Positions 13,565-25,699 of a stretch of DNA of 64,000 nucleotides are shown piece by piece. The notes beneath the pieces are model-generated. The model was not told where the DNA came from and did no database searches. It worked only from the letters and a program-made list of their open reading frames with translations. Origin of the DNA: Chlorokybus atmophyticus (taxonomy: Eukaryota; Plantae; Mesostigma and Chlorokybus algae); assembly GCA_009103225.1 (NCBI GenBank), contig RHPI01000772.1, positions 490,499 through 554,498 of the forward strand, written 5' to 3'. Made by a program: the position numbers and the translations under genes. Positions within the stretch are counted from its first letter, which is position 1, and the number at the start of each line of letters is the position of its first letter.

Positions 13565-14328
13565 ATGTGATGGTCATCGCTTGTGTATAGGGAATTCATC
13601 AAAGAAGAAATCAAAACCTGTTTTGTAAGGTGGACCTTGTCATGCCTTACGAGCTCGTGCGTTATGTTGTCGGAACTCTTTGTCCCTAACATGCTATGCA
13701 TCATGAATGTATAGGTATGCGGGTGTAACAGTCACCCTAACCATGGAAACTCACACATTCGCATTCGCAAATGGCAATAAATATGGTACACGCTCTGCTA
13801 CACTGGCTTAGGCGATATGTATGTAACCTGCACATATATAAAGAAATTAACAGGCTGAATGCAAAGTGAATAGATGTATCAATCAAATTGCCAGCATGTG
13901 TGAACTTACACAAGAGAGACACTGACATATGCACACTGAATGATGACAAACAACAACTGATGAAGCTTAGGGATCAATTGCACAATGCAAGCAGTCAAGC
14001 ACAAGTACATACACACACTCAAGCAAAGCCAGCATGCATATGCAAGCACAGAGAGGACCAGACTCATAGTATAGCAGAATAGCTGGGTTACTCCGTTTTC
14101 ACTTGAACACTTGCTGTCTCAGTAAGAAACTACATGTGCATATAATATTTATATGTCCGAGCTTGCAACTCGCTGTTACACTACCGTTAAGCTAAGGACC
14201 TGTAATGCCACGGACGTACTTCTTCCAAAACCTCCCGCTCTTCCTTGCGCCTTTTTAGCTGCGTGCCGAGTTTCCCGCAATCATGTCTGCGGGCTTCCGC
14301 TCTGGTCAGTGCACCATGTTAGCAGCGC

Positions 14329-14825
14329 TGTAACACGTGGGCTCCGGCTAGTAGGCTATGATAGCCAAAGACGTTACCATGAGTGAGGTATGTCACAATT
14401 TATCCCAAATTGTGACAGTCCTCCCAATTTAACCCATGGGTTCCTCATTATCCAATTCAGTACTTATTAGCCCATGTCGCCGTGGTCACGGCCATACCAC
14501 GACCAATCTGCCCGCGGCCTTTTGGATCCGGCCATCCTCACCGCGCGACCGCTCACGCGGCCATACTATGGCCGCGTGGCGCCGAGCCAGTTTGACCTAG
14601 TAGGTCAAACTGGCTCGGCTCGCAGGTTGCGAACCTGCGCCCAGCCTAGGGCAAGCCGCCCCAAATGTTTTTTGCCCTTGGATCTGCCTTGGTCCCCTAC
14701 GGGAATTGAACTTGAGACGTCAAGCTTCGTTACCATTGTAACAAGTGGGCTCCGACCACTAGGCTACGGTAGCAAAAGACACTACCGTGAGTGAGGTCTA
14801 TCACAATATATCCCAAATTGTGACA
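14329..14825 (-). mobile_element. TRIM-like miniature LTR element
   Basis: Direct repeats TGTAACA...TGTGACA at 14329-14417 and 14737-14825 (89 bp). On minus: PBS-like TGGTAACGAAGC after the 5' repeat and GGGAGGA purine tract before the 3' repeat. Flanks AGCGC/GGCGT differ by two transitions. Confidence 0.7.
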
Positions 14826-15913
14826 GGCGTGGCCTTCCTCCGCCTGCCATGTTGTACCGCTGATGCTGTTCCTCGAGATCGACCACTACGCTCGGTATAT
14901 GCTTCTCGCTAACGAGTGTACACTGGCTGTTACAATCAGCCGAGGTCATTCGATATCGAGGTTCCCTCACAAAATAGCTGTCGTGCCTTACGAGCTCGTG
15001 CATTATGATGTTAAAACCCTTCGTTCAAACACGCTATGCATCATAAAAGTATATGTGTGCGGGTGTAACAGTCACCCTGACCATCAAAACTCACACGTTG
15101 GCATTTGCAAATGGCAAAAAGTATGGTACACGCTCTGCTATCTCTGACTTATGCTATATATGTAACCTGCTCATGTGTAAAGGAATCTACAAGCTACCTC
15201 CCTGTAAAAACCACAGGCCCTCCAAGCATTTAAAAATTTCGGTTCTCACTGGTTGTAGGCGGGCTTTCCTTGAAGCAGCTTTGCATCGGTCACAAAACCA
15301 CTTACCATTGGGTACATCAGCCAATGGTTCTAGCAATTAGAAAATGTGCCAACCGTCCTGGCACGCGTCACACAACAGCATCACATTGTCACGATCAATG
15401 CTACCGCATCCTTCGTGGTGGTGACTGCGCAGGGGGCGAAAGGTCTTTGTGCTCGGGTCGTTGCCATCCTCTACCATGGGTAGATAACACAGGGCACAAT
15501 TCTCCATGTGGTCTTTTATGGTAGCACCGGTGCGGTCTACCAATTCAAGCCCGCCCTCTGGTGGGACCTTCTTGACCTTCAAGATTTGCCGACCGGTCCC
15601 CATCTGCAAGGTGTTCTGGGTGGCGCAATGTCGATAGACATTGTCTCCTGCTTTAAACTTGTGGATGCGCGGTTGATGCCACTGCACACACGCTCATACC
15701 GCCCGGTGTCGCGGTGTTGTGCAACTTGCAAGTTGGCCATATCCATGGGCATTAGCCGCCTGAACAGTTCTATGCGTAGACAAAGAGCAGCTAGCATGGT
15801 GGCCGGTGTCTCGATGCTCACCACATGTCCCACCCGCCATCGAACGCGCAAAGGAAGCAAAGGCTCTCTGCCAAATAGAAGAAAGTACGAACTGAGAGCC
15901 CGCAGTGCCTTGT

Positions 15914-17519
15914 CACCAATAGAAATGGCCTCCCAACAGTTCGGCCTTGCCCACAAATCGAGTAGAGATCCAGCTATAACTTAATCAGGGATCCATATGC
16001 AAGCAACATATCCATTTTTGCACTCTTTGCGGCTGCAGCCACAACTTTGTTTGGTATCGAGCTGCCATTAAGGTCAACTAGCTGGTGTGCATTAAGTTTG
16101 GTATCTGTCTTTTTTTGAACTTAATAATAGCCACATCTTAAATTAAATTTTCGTTAGATCATGTATCAAGATTAATCTTAATGCATAATTTAACCAGAAA
16201 TGTTATGGCCGCAATTCGTGGCGAAAAACCAAAAGAGCCACAGTACACATGGTTTTCGTCTCGCCATCGCCGAGTTTCGAACCTGCGCGGCAGGATGTGT
16301 TGGGTTAGATCATGTAAGATTAATCTTAATGCGTGATATAACCAGAAATGTTATGGCCGCAGTTCGTGGCAAAAAACCACAAGAGCCACAGCAAACGGGT
16401 TTTCGTCTCACCATCTTTAAGGTTCGAACCTGCGCGGCAAAACCTGATAGTGTATCAAGCAACATCATAATGACCTAGCAATGGACCAGCTAGACTACGA
16501 CGACACGAGACGCCCTGCGACGCGTTTGTAAAGCATATACAAACTGCTTCAATTGTCTCACGTGCCGCAACGCATGCACCAACAGCTGCTTACAACGGCA
16601 TTATCGGTATATGTATATATATGTATATATACATACATATATATAGTCATACATATAAGTATATGGTTATATATATATATATACCGCGGTATTAATATAT
16701 ATATAGCACTTGTATCAAACAGATAAAGGTAAAGGCGGATTTTACCACTATATAGGTGACTTGGGGAGGGAGACTTTGTTCAACTTACCGTTTGTCCAAT
16801 CACAGCGCGACATTACCGGTTAATGTTTGCATTATGCGCTCTACGTCACCTGCTGGCGCAAGATTGGTTGCGGAGTTCTGGTCAAGTCTTTACGTGTTTA
16901 CCTCATGTGCTACCACAGTTTACCAACGATTATACATGCAAGTTGCAGCCTTCTACTCGCTTGCCCCGCGGCCTGCTACTAGCAGGCCACGGGGCAAGCC
17001 ATGCATAGGCCGCGGGGTTGAACCGGCAATTTGGCAATGATAAGATCATAAAATTATTATGGTTTGTAACAATGGAAAGATCGATCCTAGCGTTCCGAGT
17101 TTGTTAAGTATGAAGTCTTGTACCGTTGTTGGAACTGGTCACAATTTTAAAGATGATGTGTACAGCTTTAGCATGCAACGTGAATGCATTCTAATGTTAT
17201 CGTCGAGTCCTCAATTGTGTTAGGGAAAAGACGCATTGTTAACGAATTGTTCACAACTGTAATTGCGACTTACACAAGTCTTTCTCACGGCCTGAACCCT
17301 TGATTACGTAAACACCGAATCCTGTATATTGGAGATCCGGTACTTACAATCGTCACCGGCGGATTGCCGTTTGTGCCAGGTCGCAATAAAATTCCGGCTG
17401 CAGCTACAACATATGTACGGATCTGTCATAAAATCTACGAAATCCGCAAATAATGTCCGGCCTCGTCTATGACAAAGTTGCGGATTAAACCTTATATGCG
17501 AAACGCATTTCTACCGACA
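15914..17519. mobile_element. Non-autonomous CACTA/EnSpm-like element, copy 2, inserted in the E0 integrase
   Basis: Termini CACCAATAGAAATGG and CATTTCTACCGACA (degenerate TIR) with 3-bp TSD TGT (15911-15913, 17520-17522). Removing it rejoins GYRCTRQ..ALRALSSYFLLFG. Confidence 0.75.
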
Positions 17520-17704
17520 TGTCGCGTGCATCGGTAGCCTAAGGCCAGCCAAGTCCCAGTCGCGGTTGTCGTGTTGTCAACAGTACTTGCATAAGGCCTT
17601 CTTCACGGTCTACACTATACGCTCCGCCAACCCATCCGCTCGCGGATGATTCCACGAGGTGCGCCGGTAGTTAATGTAAGCCTTTGGTAGGAGCTTATTA
17701 AACT

Positions 17705-17935
17705 TGTCGGGTCGGGGGAAGTCAAGGGTCACACTGTTTCGGGCCGCTGCAGGGAAAGTCATGCGTGCTGGTCCTAGTGCTGCAACATGTTATAACCTGC
17801 GGCAAAAGTAAAAGATAACCCAGCTTGTATGGCGAGGAGTGCTTGGTGGAGCTGCTCCACTGTTGCTGAACACGCACATGTGGAGGCGGTGTCTTCCTTA
17901 GTATACATGCTGTGCTGTAGGACACACAGTCAACA
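17705..17935 (-). repeat. E2 repeat A2 (231 bp, 3' terminus)
   Basis: Near-identical to 18524-18754. Confidence 0.9.
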
Positions 17936-18521
17936 AGCCACTACTATAGGTAGTGGCTGTTTACACAGTTCTTTGCATGAGCGGAAAATTTGTTCCATTG
18001 TTAAGTGAGGTGAATGAGCAAGCAACACGTGGATACTATGCCCTGACTGATGACGACAAGCACACTGCAACCCGGCACACCAGGCCCACAGCGATGACAA
18101 GCACGATGCACACGCGAGCATGCACAGGCTCTCACACAGTGAGGGGGTTCTTGATAACCGGGATGGCGTGTTCGTAGTTCAAGTCGTTTCACAAGCTCTT
18201 AGTTTTCTCACTCACAGTGTCACCAACTGATCCGGTGAACAATGTGACCACTTATATAAGTCAAATCATGATTGTTCAGAACATAAGCTAACGGTCATAC
18301 GGAGGCTATTTTCACAGCGATTGTCACTCGATGTAGAACACAACTTATAACTGAACAGTTACGCGCGGTGCCTATGTGGGCTATGGTCGTGAGCTACCTT
18401 AAAGTCATGACCTAGCTACTGGTCAGGGACGCGCGCGCGTTGGTATATCGATAGGCCGGGCGACGGTTTTAATGTAGACATGCCCGATGAAGGCTGGTAT
18501 GTGTGGGCACCAGGCATGACA
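17928..18521 (-). repeat. E2 repeat B2
   Basis: Near-identical to 29817-30408. Confidence 0.9.
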
Positions 18522-18523
18522 GC

Positions 18524-18754
18524 TGTCGGGTCGGGGGAAGTCGAGGGTCACACTGTCTCGGGCCGCTGCAGGGAAAGTCATGCGTGCTGGTCCTGGTGCT
18601 GCAACATGTTGTAACCTACGGCAAAAGTAAAAGATAACTCAGCTTGTATGGCGAGGAGTGCTTGGTGGAGCTGCTCCACTGTTGCTGAACACGGACATGT
18701 GGAGGCGGTGTCTTCCTTAGTATACATGCTGTGCTGTAGAAAACACAGTTAACA
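18524..18754 (-). repeat. E2 repeat A1, preceded on minus by PPT-like AGGGGGGTGGCT
   Basis: TGTTAAC...CCCGACA, directly after the purine tract at 18755-18766. Confidence 0.9.
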
Positions 18755-18839
18755 AGCCACCCCCCTGAGCTTCTGGAGAGGTTCTAGCTTTAGAGCTCAG
18801 CTGCTAACGCAGGTGAGGAGGGCCGTTGGTGCGGCAATC

Positions 18840-19870
18840 GTCGCACCAGTACTTCTCCATGGGTATTGCGTCCAATGGGGGCTCCAGACAGTAGCAATGC
18901 AGGCCCTTGTTACAGCCATTGCAGAGCATCACGAGTGCGTTATCGCCGGCGCTGCCGCAGCGTTCACATCGTGTGCTGCGGGCGGGGCGAGGGTGCTGGA
19001 TGCGCGCGAAGCCTGCTACCTAGGGGAGGTGACATGGCGCGCAGTTCACCATGTTGTCTTTTAACCTCTCGCCATTCTGACCAAGAAGATCCAGCACTCC
19101 TGTGGGGTACACCTTGAGTACCTTGTAGACGGTGCGGCCTACGGAGGTGTCGAGCGTGTCTTTAGTGGCTGTCATGCGGTAGGCAAAGTCACCAACTTGG
19201 AACCGCCGTTGACGCTCCTTGTAGAAGCCGCTTCACACGCGCTCGTAGCGCAGAGTGTCACGGTGCTGTGCAATGCGTATGTTGTGGAAGGCCATCAGGA
19301 CGGTGTGCTCGAAAAGCGTGGCACGTGTGGTGATGTCGTGGTGCATCCAGTCGGGATCGTCGAGGTTGTCCATCACACGGTTTACTTCCTGCTGTGCACG
19401 AAAGGGAAGCAACGGCGGACGCCCAAACAGCAAGTAGTATGGGCTATGCTCGCGCAGCGCCGCCTGCTTCGACAATCGGTAGCCAAGAGCCACCCACGGA
19501 AGGTGGTCGTCCCAGGTGTTCTTCTCATTATCCAGCACGTACTCGCGGAGTGCCTTCTTAATAGTCTGCACCGTCCGCTCGGCGAGACCATCGGCTTAAG
19601 AGTGGTCACGCGAAGTACGGCAATGATCGATGTAGCATCTGTCCAGCAGAGTGTCGAACTCCCCTCTGAACTCAGTGCCCTGGTCGGTGATGACCTCAGC
19701 GCAGCTGCCGAACCGGCTGAGGACATGGGAGAGGAAAGCTTGAGCCACCCCCTTGCTGCTCTTGTCGGGTAATGGCACCAGCTCCACCCATTTGGAGAAG
19801 TGCTCGATCATGATCAGGATGTAGCGGTTGCCCCGCGCCAAGGGTGCCAAGTCTCCCAAGATGTCGAGTC
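18840..19870 (-). pseudogene. pol: E2 integrase core plus C-terminal PHD finger
   Basis: DLAPLARGNRYILIMIEHFSKWVELVP...VITDQGTEFRGEF (rve core), SPYYLLFGRPP, then CERCGSAGDNALVMLCNGCNKGLHCYCLEPPLDAIPMEKYWCDDC (C4HC3 PHD). Confidence 0.9.
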
Positions 19871-19911
19871 CCCAGCGGTAAAACAGCCAGAGATGGGGAG
19901 AGGGTGCAAGG

Positions 19912-21774
19912 TGTTGACATACACACGTGCAAGTGACACGCCAACAACATCAACACAAGAGTATGACTGCTACTGCCGCCATAGCATACGCACACATGCT
20001 ACATCGTGACCTCTGCTCTTCATTGCAACAAGTCTGGGCTTTATACCCCGCCAGTCTCTACACACGTCTACATTGGCAAGCACCGCGTGCGCTATACTCA
20101 GCCGATTGCTGTTCTGTAAGCTACGCTGTGTAGCTCACAACTAGAGCTTTTCAATAAGCTAAGCCACGCCTGCTAAGCTTATGTATCCACGAAGCTACGC
20201 AATTTCTCCCAAGGCTCTACCAAGCAGCCAGGTCCGGAGTCCGTCATGACTCGACCGTCTTGCTAAGTCTGGAGCCCACGCGCTTCTTCCTGGTACCTTC
20301 GACCCTCGACTCCTGTATGAAGGGCAAGCTGACCGGATACAAGCATCACCCATGTAATACCTTCAACACTCCCACGCGGGCAGCTTGTCCTTCAACATCA
20401 GCTCCTCCATTACTCACGCACACCGTTTGCTCTTACGCAAGCCTTTACCTTTTTTTCTCACGCCTCCATGCTTGCAGCTCCCACGGGCTCCGCAATTGCA
20501 ACCTACTTGTGCGTCCTTGTTGCTCATGACCTTGTGGTATCTTGCAACTCCATCATCAACCACCCTTGTCAATGCAGCAACCTTGCGCACACCATGGCCA
20601 TCTTCATGTCCACGTCCACATGCTTCTGCGTATAGCCTCCAAGCTTCACGCCTCCAGGATGCTCCATGTCCAGCTTCCAAGAAATCACGCTTCCAGGATG
20701 CTCATCACGCTTCCTCGCATGCACCTTCAGCCAAGCACTCCACATGCTTCAACCAAAGTACCAAGCACTTTACCGTGCTTCACCAAGGACTGCCCTCGCT
20801 CCCCTTTTCGGAAAGTCCATCAAACACTCCACCGTGCTCGACCTCAAGGGTTGCCATCTGCTCCCCTTCCTTCCACCAAGCACATCAACGTGCTTACCAC
20901 CGGTTGCCTCTCGCATTCCTTTAAGCGCTTCACCACGCTCCACCAAGTATTCCTCGCACTCAGTAACACGAGCTGACATCTTTAGCTCCCACGTATCAAG
21001 GACACCTCCTCTTCCAAGTACTTCATGTACTCTTCTTCAGTCACCAGAAAATCTCCATCATCTCCTCCTCTTGATCCATGTACTTCCGCATCTCTGTGTG
21101 GGCCACTAGTAGCTCCATCTTCACACTCCAAGTGTTGTAGTCGTCAACGTCCGGTAGTCCAATCGCAATCTTCAAGCTGTCCATGTTGGTGGCCTTGGTT
21201 GGTTGCCCTCTCTGCTCACAGACCTCACAACCCCACACTACCACAAAGCAACTACAGCTACATATACAATTGTAACACACTCCATCAACCTACACAAGCA
21301 TGTGTGGGCCCATAACCTGTTGACATACACACGTGCAAGTGACACGCCAACAACATCAACACAAGAGTATGACTGCTACTGCCGCCATAGCATACGCACA
21401 CATGCTACATCGTGACCTCTGCTCTTCATTGCAACAAGTCTGGGCTTTATACCCCGCCAGTCTCTACACACGTCTACATTGGCAAGCACCACGTGCGCTA
21501 TACTGAGCCGATTGCTGTTCTGTAAGCTACGCTGTCTAGCTCACAACTAGAGCTTTTCAATAAGCTAAGCCACGCCTGCTAAGCTTACGTATCCACGAAG
21601 CTACGCGATTTCTCCCAAGGCTCTACTAAGCAGCCTGGTCCGGAGTCCGTCATGACTCGACCGTCTTGCTAAGTCTGGAGCCCACGCGCTTCTTCCTGGT
21701 ACCTTCGACCCTCGACTCCTGTATGAAGGGCAAGCTGACCGGATACAAGCATCACTTATGTAATACCTTCAACA
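19912..21774 (-). mobile_element. Non-autonomous Ty1/copia-derived LTR element inserted in the E2 integrase
   Basis: 457-bp near-identical LTRs at 19912-20368 and 21318-21774 (TG...CA); TSD CAAGG; PBS GGTTATGGGCCC; gag-like start MDSLKIAIGLPDVDDYNTWSVKME; no pol. Confidence 0.9.
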
Positions 21775-21779
21775 CAAGG

Positions 21780-23650
21780 TGGCGCTGCGTGTGTTGAGGC
21801 TGGCACGTACCATATCACACTGCTGGCAGCAATTGACGAACCCCTGCACCTGTTTGGACAGCTCATACCACCAATATTGCGCCCTTACCATGCTGACGGT
21901 ACGCTTGACACAAAAGTGCCCAAGCTCCGTGTGGAGGGCAGCAATGATGCCCTCGCATGTGGCTGGTGTAGGCACCTCTTTGTCCTCTTTCTGGACGCGG
22001 CGGTACACTTTGTCATCCGCCCGCCGGCAGTGGTGGGTGCGCTGACTGACACGATCTTTCTCTCGTGCACTCATGTTGGAGGGAAGCTGGCCACTTTGAA
22101 GGAAGGAGAGTGATGGCTTGTCAAGCCAAATGTCCCGCCTGGTGTCGGTGGGTGCCAGCTCGGTGTCGTCAACTTCAATGTCGATCGCGTGGACGTCCCT
22201 TTGTGGTCACTGTGGGGTCGCTAGCCTCAAGGGCAGGAACCTCCTCTGTCGTTGAGGTGGTGTTGATCTGGCGCCCTGACCATGACGCGGCAGCAGCAAA
22301 CATGGCCGCCATGGTGGGAGCTGCTGCTGCGAGGCCGAGCTTGTGCCGAGCTCCGGTTGCATCGTAGGTACTGCGGTGAGGGTTGCGACTAAGGCCATCA
22401 GTGTTCTGGTTGGTGAGGCCGGCGCGGTGGTCGATCTTGAAGTCATACTCCTGCAGCAACAAGGCCCAGCGAGCAAGTTTACCTGTCAGATGTTGGTTGG
22501 TCATCAACCACTTGAGTGGCTGATATTGGTGATCAGCTGGAATTGTCGACCAAAAAAGAAAGGTCTGAAGAAGGAGATAGCCCATACTGCAGCGAGGCAC
22601 TCCCCTTCGTAGCTGCTGTAGTTGGCCTCATCGCTGTTGTTGCTTCGGCTAGCATATGACGCCACCCGATCCTTCTCGTTCTCATCGTGCTGTACCAGCA
22701 CAGCCCCCATCTCAAGTTTGCTCCAGTCGGTGTGGAGGATGAAGGGCTTGTTGTAGTCAGGACGTTGCACAATGGGAGCGGTGGTGAGCCTGCCCTTTAG
22801 CTCCTCAAACGCCTGCTGTTGTGTCCCCTTTCACACAAAATCCACCTCCTTCTTCAGGAGCTCGTTGAGGGGTCGCGCGATCTTTGCGAAGTCCTTCACG
22901 AACCGGCGATAGTAGTTGGCAAGGCCCCAAAAGGCACGCAGACGCGTAAGGTCTGTGGGAGCAGGGATAGCCGCCCAAGCCTCCACCTTTGCCTGCTGCA
23001 CGTACACACCGTGGGGCACAATCATGTGCCCTAGGTAGGGTACCTTGCGAGTGAAGAAGGTGCACTCGTCGGGGTGCACTGTCATCCCCACCCCCTTGAG
23101 TCTTTCCAGCACTTGCTCGATGTGCTGCAGGTGCTCGTCGTTACTGCGACTGAAGATGAGAATGTCGTCAATGTAGCATCGCGCGGAGTCTAGCTTCTTC
23201 AAGGCTTTATCCATGACGCGCTGGAACTTGGCAGGAGCGTTCTTCAGTCCGAAAGGCATGACCTTCCACTAATACAGCTGCCGGTTGCCCCAGAAAGAGG
23301 TCTTGTGCTTGTCCTCCTCCTTGATGGCGATCTGGTTGTACCCTTGTCGCATATCCAGGATGCTGAAGATGGTGCAGTCTGCAACATCATAAATGATACC
23401 CTCCGCAGTAGGCATTGAATACCTGTCTTGTTTGATATTATTGTTGAGGGGGCGATAGTCGCCGCACATGCGCCGGTCTGTCCAGTTGCCTGCTGAATCC
23501 TTTTTCAGGGGCATGACGGTCGCGGCCGCAAAGTCCGATGTGGACTCCTTAATCAGGCCTGCATCTAGCAGAGCCTTGCACCTCTGCTCCACCAAGTCTT
23601 CTTCTAACTTGGAGACTCGGTACTGTCTTCAAAACACCAGTTCGGTATCC
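21780..23650 (-). pseudogene. pol: E2 reverse transcriptase, RNase H and integrase zinc finger
   Basis: RMCGDYRPLN, MPFGLKNAPAKFQR, CYIDDILIFS, FILHTDWS, YEGECLAAVWA, HTELGHF...CQQC. Contains premature stops and frameshifts. Confidence 0.95.
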
Positions 23651-23959
23651 ATCAACTCGATGTTCATCTGGTAAACTGAGCAAACACCCAGTTCCCTTAC
23701 GCTGAAACTGAACTAACTTCTCCACTTGTTGAGGAGAGCCTCCAATTGTTCTCGCGTCTGGCATGTAGTCAGTGGTCCAATGGCATGGGACCAAGAGGTG
23801 GTGTTGGCGACCACTGGGATGTCCTCCACAGTGACTGGTGCCTGCTCCTCCATATGGGCGATTTCGAGGGCGGTGTGTGTCGCTTTGATCTCTTGCACGC
23901 GATCGGCCCACCCCCCTGCCAGGTGTTCGAGCTATTAAGAAGGACACATGGCGGTCTTG

Positions 23960-24960
23960 GAGAGCAAAGCACATTTCCAATAACCATACCATGCTGTTCT
24001 GATCCATGGCACGTCCCAACAATTGGCATTGCTGACTGTCGGTCAGCGTGGAACCTGTGATACTGCCTAGAGAGAAGCCCATGGGGCGTTCGCGCTCACG
24101 TGCGTTGGGTTCCTCCAGCTGGCCTGTGTTGGAATCCAACACCATGCCTGCGCCGTGGTTGCGAAAGGTGTACGATCCTGGGTAGGACACCAGCGTGGGG
24201 GAGCGCACGACGTGGTTGCCCAGGCTGGTTGCATTGGTAGAAGTGGTGATGATCGCGTCGGGTGACTGGTTGTGCAGTTCAACCAGAGTCCAGTATAGCG
24301 TCGACTATCAGAATGCGTGGACGACTGTTGTGCAGATATTCAGCAGCAAAGAGATCTTCGACTGTTGTCAGGTTGGTCCACTTGGCGCGGACGCGATAAG
24401 CACGGTAGCCATGCCGCGCTGCGTTAATTTCCAAGAGGATGCCCCAGTGAGGAGCACACCGGTCAGAACCTGTTGGTTGCGTGATGGCGCTTATCGTCCT
24501 CTGAGTGCACATTCTCGATGATGTATCTTGGAGGCCTGGACAGCTAGTTGCTCTGCAGAATTCTGATGACACGCATCAGTTCCCAGAACCGTTATGAGCG
24601 AGGATCAGCGAGCCCTTGGCCGCTGCCTGCTCTGGAGTGTCCTTGATACTCCCATCCTGCTATCAGGAGGTCGATGTTGCCCACCGCTTGGAGGTGATCC
24701 GCAGTGATTACACGGATGTCCTATGGCAGTGCCTTCAGACTGCCTTGCAGTGCCGATAGCGGCAATCGCTGCGGGTAGCAATTGTGTAGGTGGCGCAGGT
24801 GGTGGCTCAGGGCAATCTGTGCGTGTGGATCAGGGTCACAATAGAAGTACTTGGTGACCGTCGCGCCAGTGTTGAGAACAGCGGCGAGGCCACTACGTAT
24901 TCCTCCGAATAGTTCGAACACGGTTATGCCTTGTTGTCGCCGGAATACGTAAAACTCCAC
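23960..24960 (-). pseudogene. DNMT3/DRM-like C5-cytosine methyltransferase domain inside E2 pol
   Basis: Motif I TVFELFGGI (24901-24930), IV DLLIAGWEYQGHS (about 24630-24675), VI YIIENV (about 24510), VIII-like RAYRVRAKWTNL, IX/X ERERPMGF...QLLGRAMD (about 24090-24002). In-frame stops present. Confidence 0.85.
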
Positions 24961-25335
24961 TACTCCAGTGGCCACCTGGTGTTGTTCCTGCACAGCAACT
25001 TGGTCCATGTAGAGAGCGAACCATGAAATGAGCCGCGGTGTAGTGAATAGCAGATGTGCGACCACCTGTGCGCGCCAGCGGCGTTCCGCTGGTTGCTGAT
25101 GGGCCACTTCCTCAGTGGCATCTTCCTTAGACTCGTTGTATGGGATAGGAGAGTCTCGGTCCGCGTTGTGGGTGACCACCATAGATGATCTGTCAGTGGT
25201 TGCCGACAACAACCTGTGGGTGGCTGTCGCAGCTGACCTTGGGTGGGAACGAGTGCGGGCCACCAACTCGAGAGGTAGATATCCTTGAACCTCTCCGTCC
25301 TCGTCATCCCAACGAGGACAAAACCAGGCCTTTTC

Positions 25336-25662
25336 CTACCAGCAGTCCAGCCCCATGCCAACAGGGAAGTTGAAGTCATGTCCCAACAACAGGTCAAAGA
25401 ATCCTGCGTCGGTGACCACATAGTTCTGTATGACCTTGGTATTGTGGGACGGGTCCACTCCTGTCAAGCGCATGCAGAGGGCTTGCTTGGTGGTGATACC
25501 CATCACCTTGTCACGGCTGCCGGTTGCGGAGTCGAGCACGTATGGGCACGGCATCAGCTCAACACTGGTGATGCCAAGGTCACATGCGAGGTAACGTCCG
25601 ATGATGACAGGCTGGGCGCCAGAGTCCAGCATCACCCGCTTGGGTGCTTGCCCATTGATCAT
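25336..25662 (-). pseudogene. pol: E2 aspartic protease
   Basis: VMLDSGAQPVIIG active-site motif and FDLLLGHDF. Confidence 0.9.
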
Positions 25663-25699
25663 GACATGCTTGCTTGGTTGGCGATCATGGCCGTATTGG

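Larger units (their letters stand above)
13638..17704 (-). mobile_element. Ty3/gypsy element E0, 3' part (integrase core/C-terminus, PHD, split terminal repeats), interrupted by later insertions
   Basis: Integrase fragments NHPRADGLAERIV*TVKKAL (17700-17520) and SSYFLLFGREPLLP (15913 downward). PHD CGSIDRDNVMLLCDACQDGWH...GKWFCDRC (about 15420-15270). Purine tract GGAGGTAGCT, then repeat A1 15191-14979, GC, B2, and A2 13852-13638. Confidence 0.8.
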
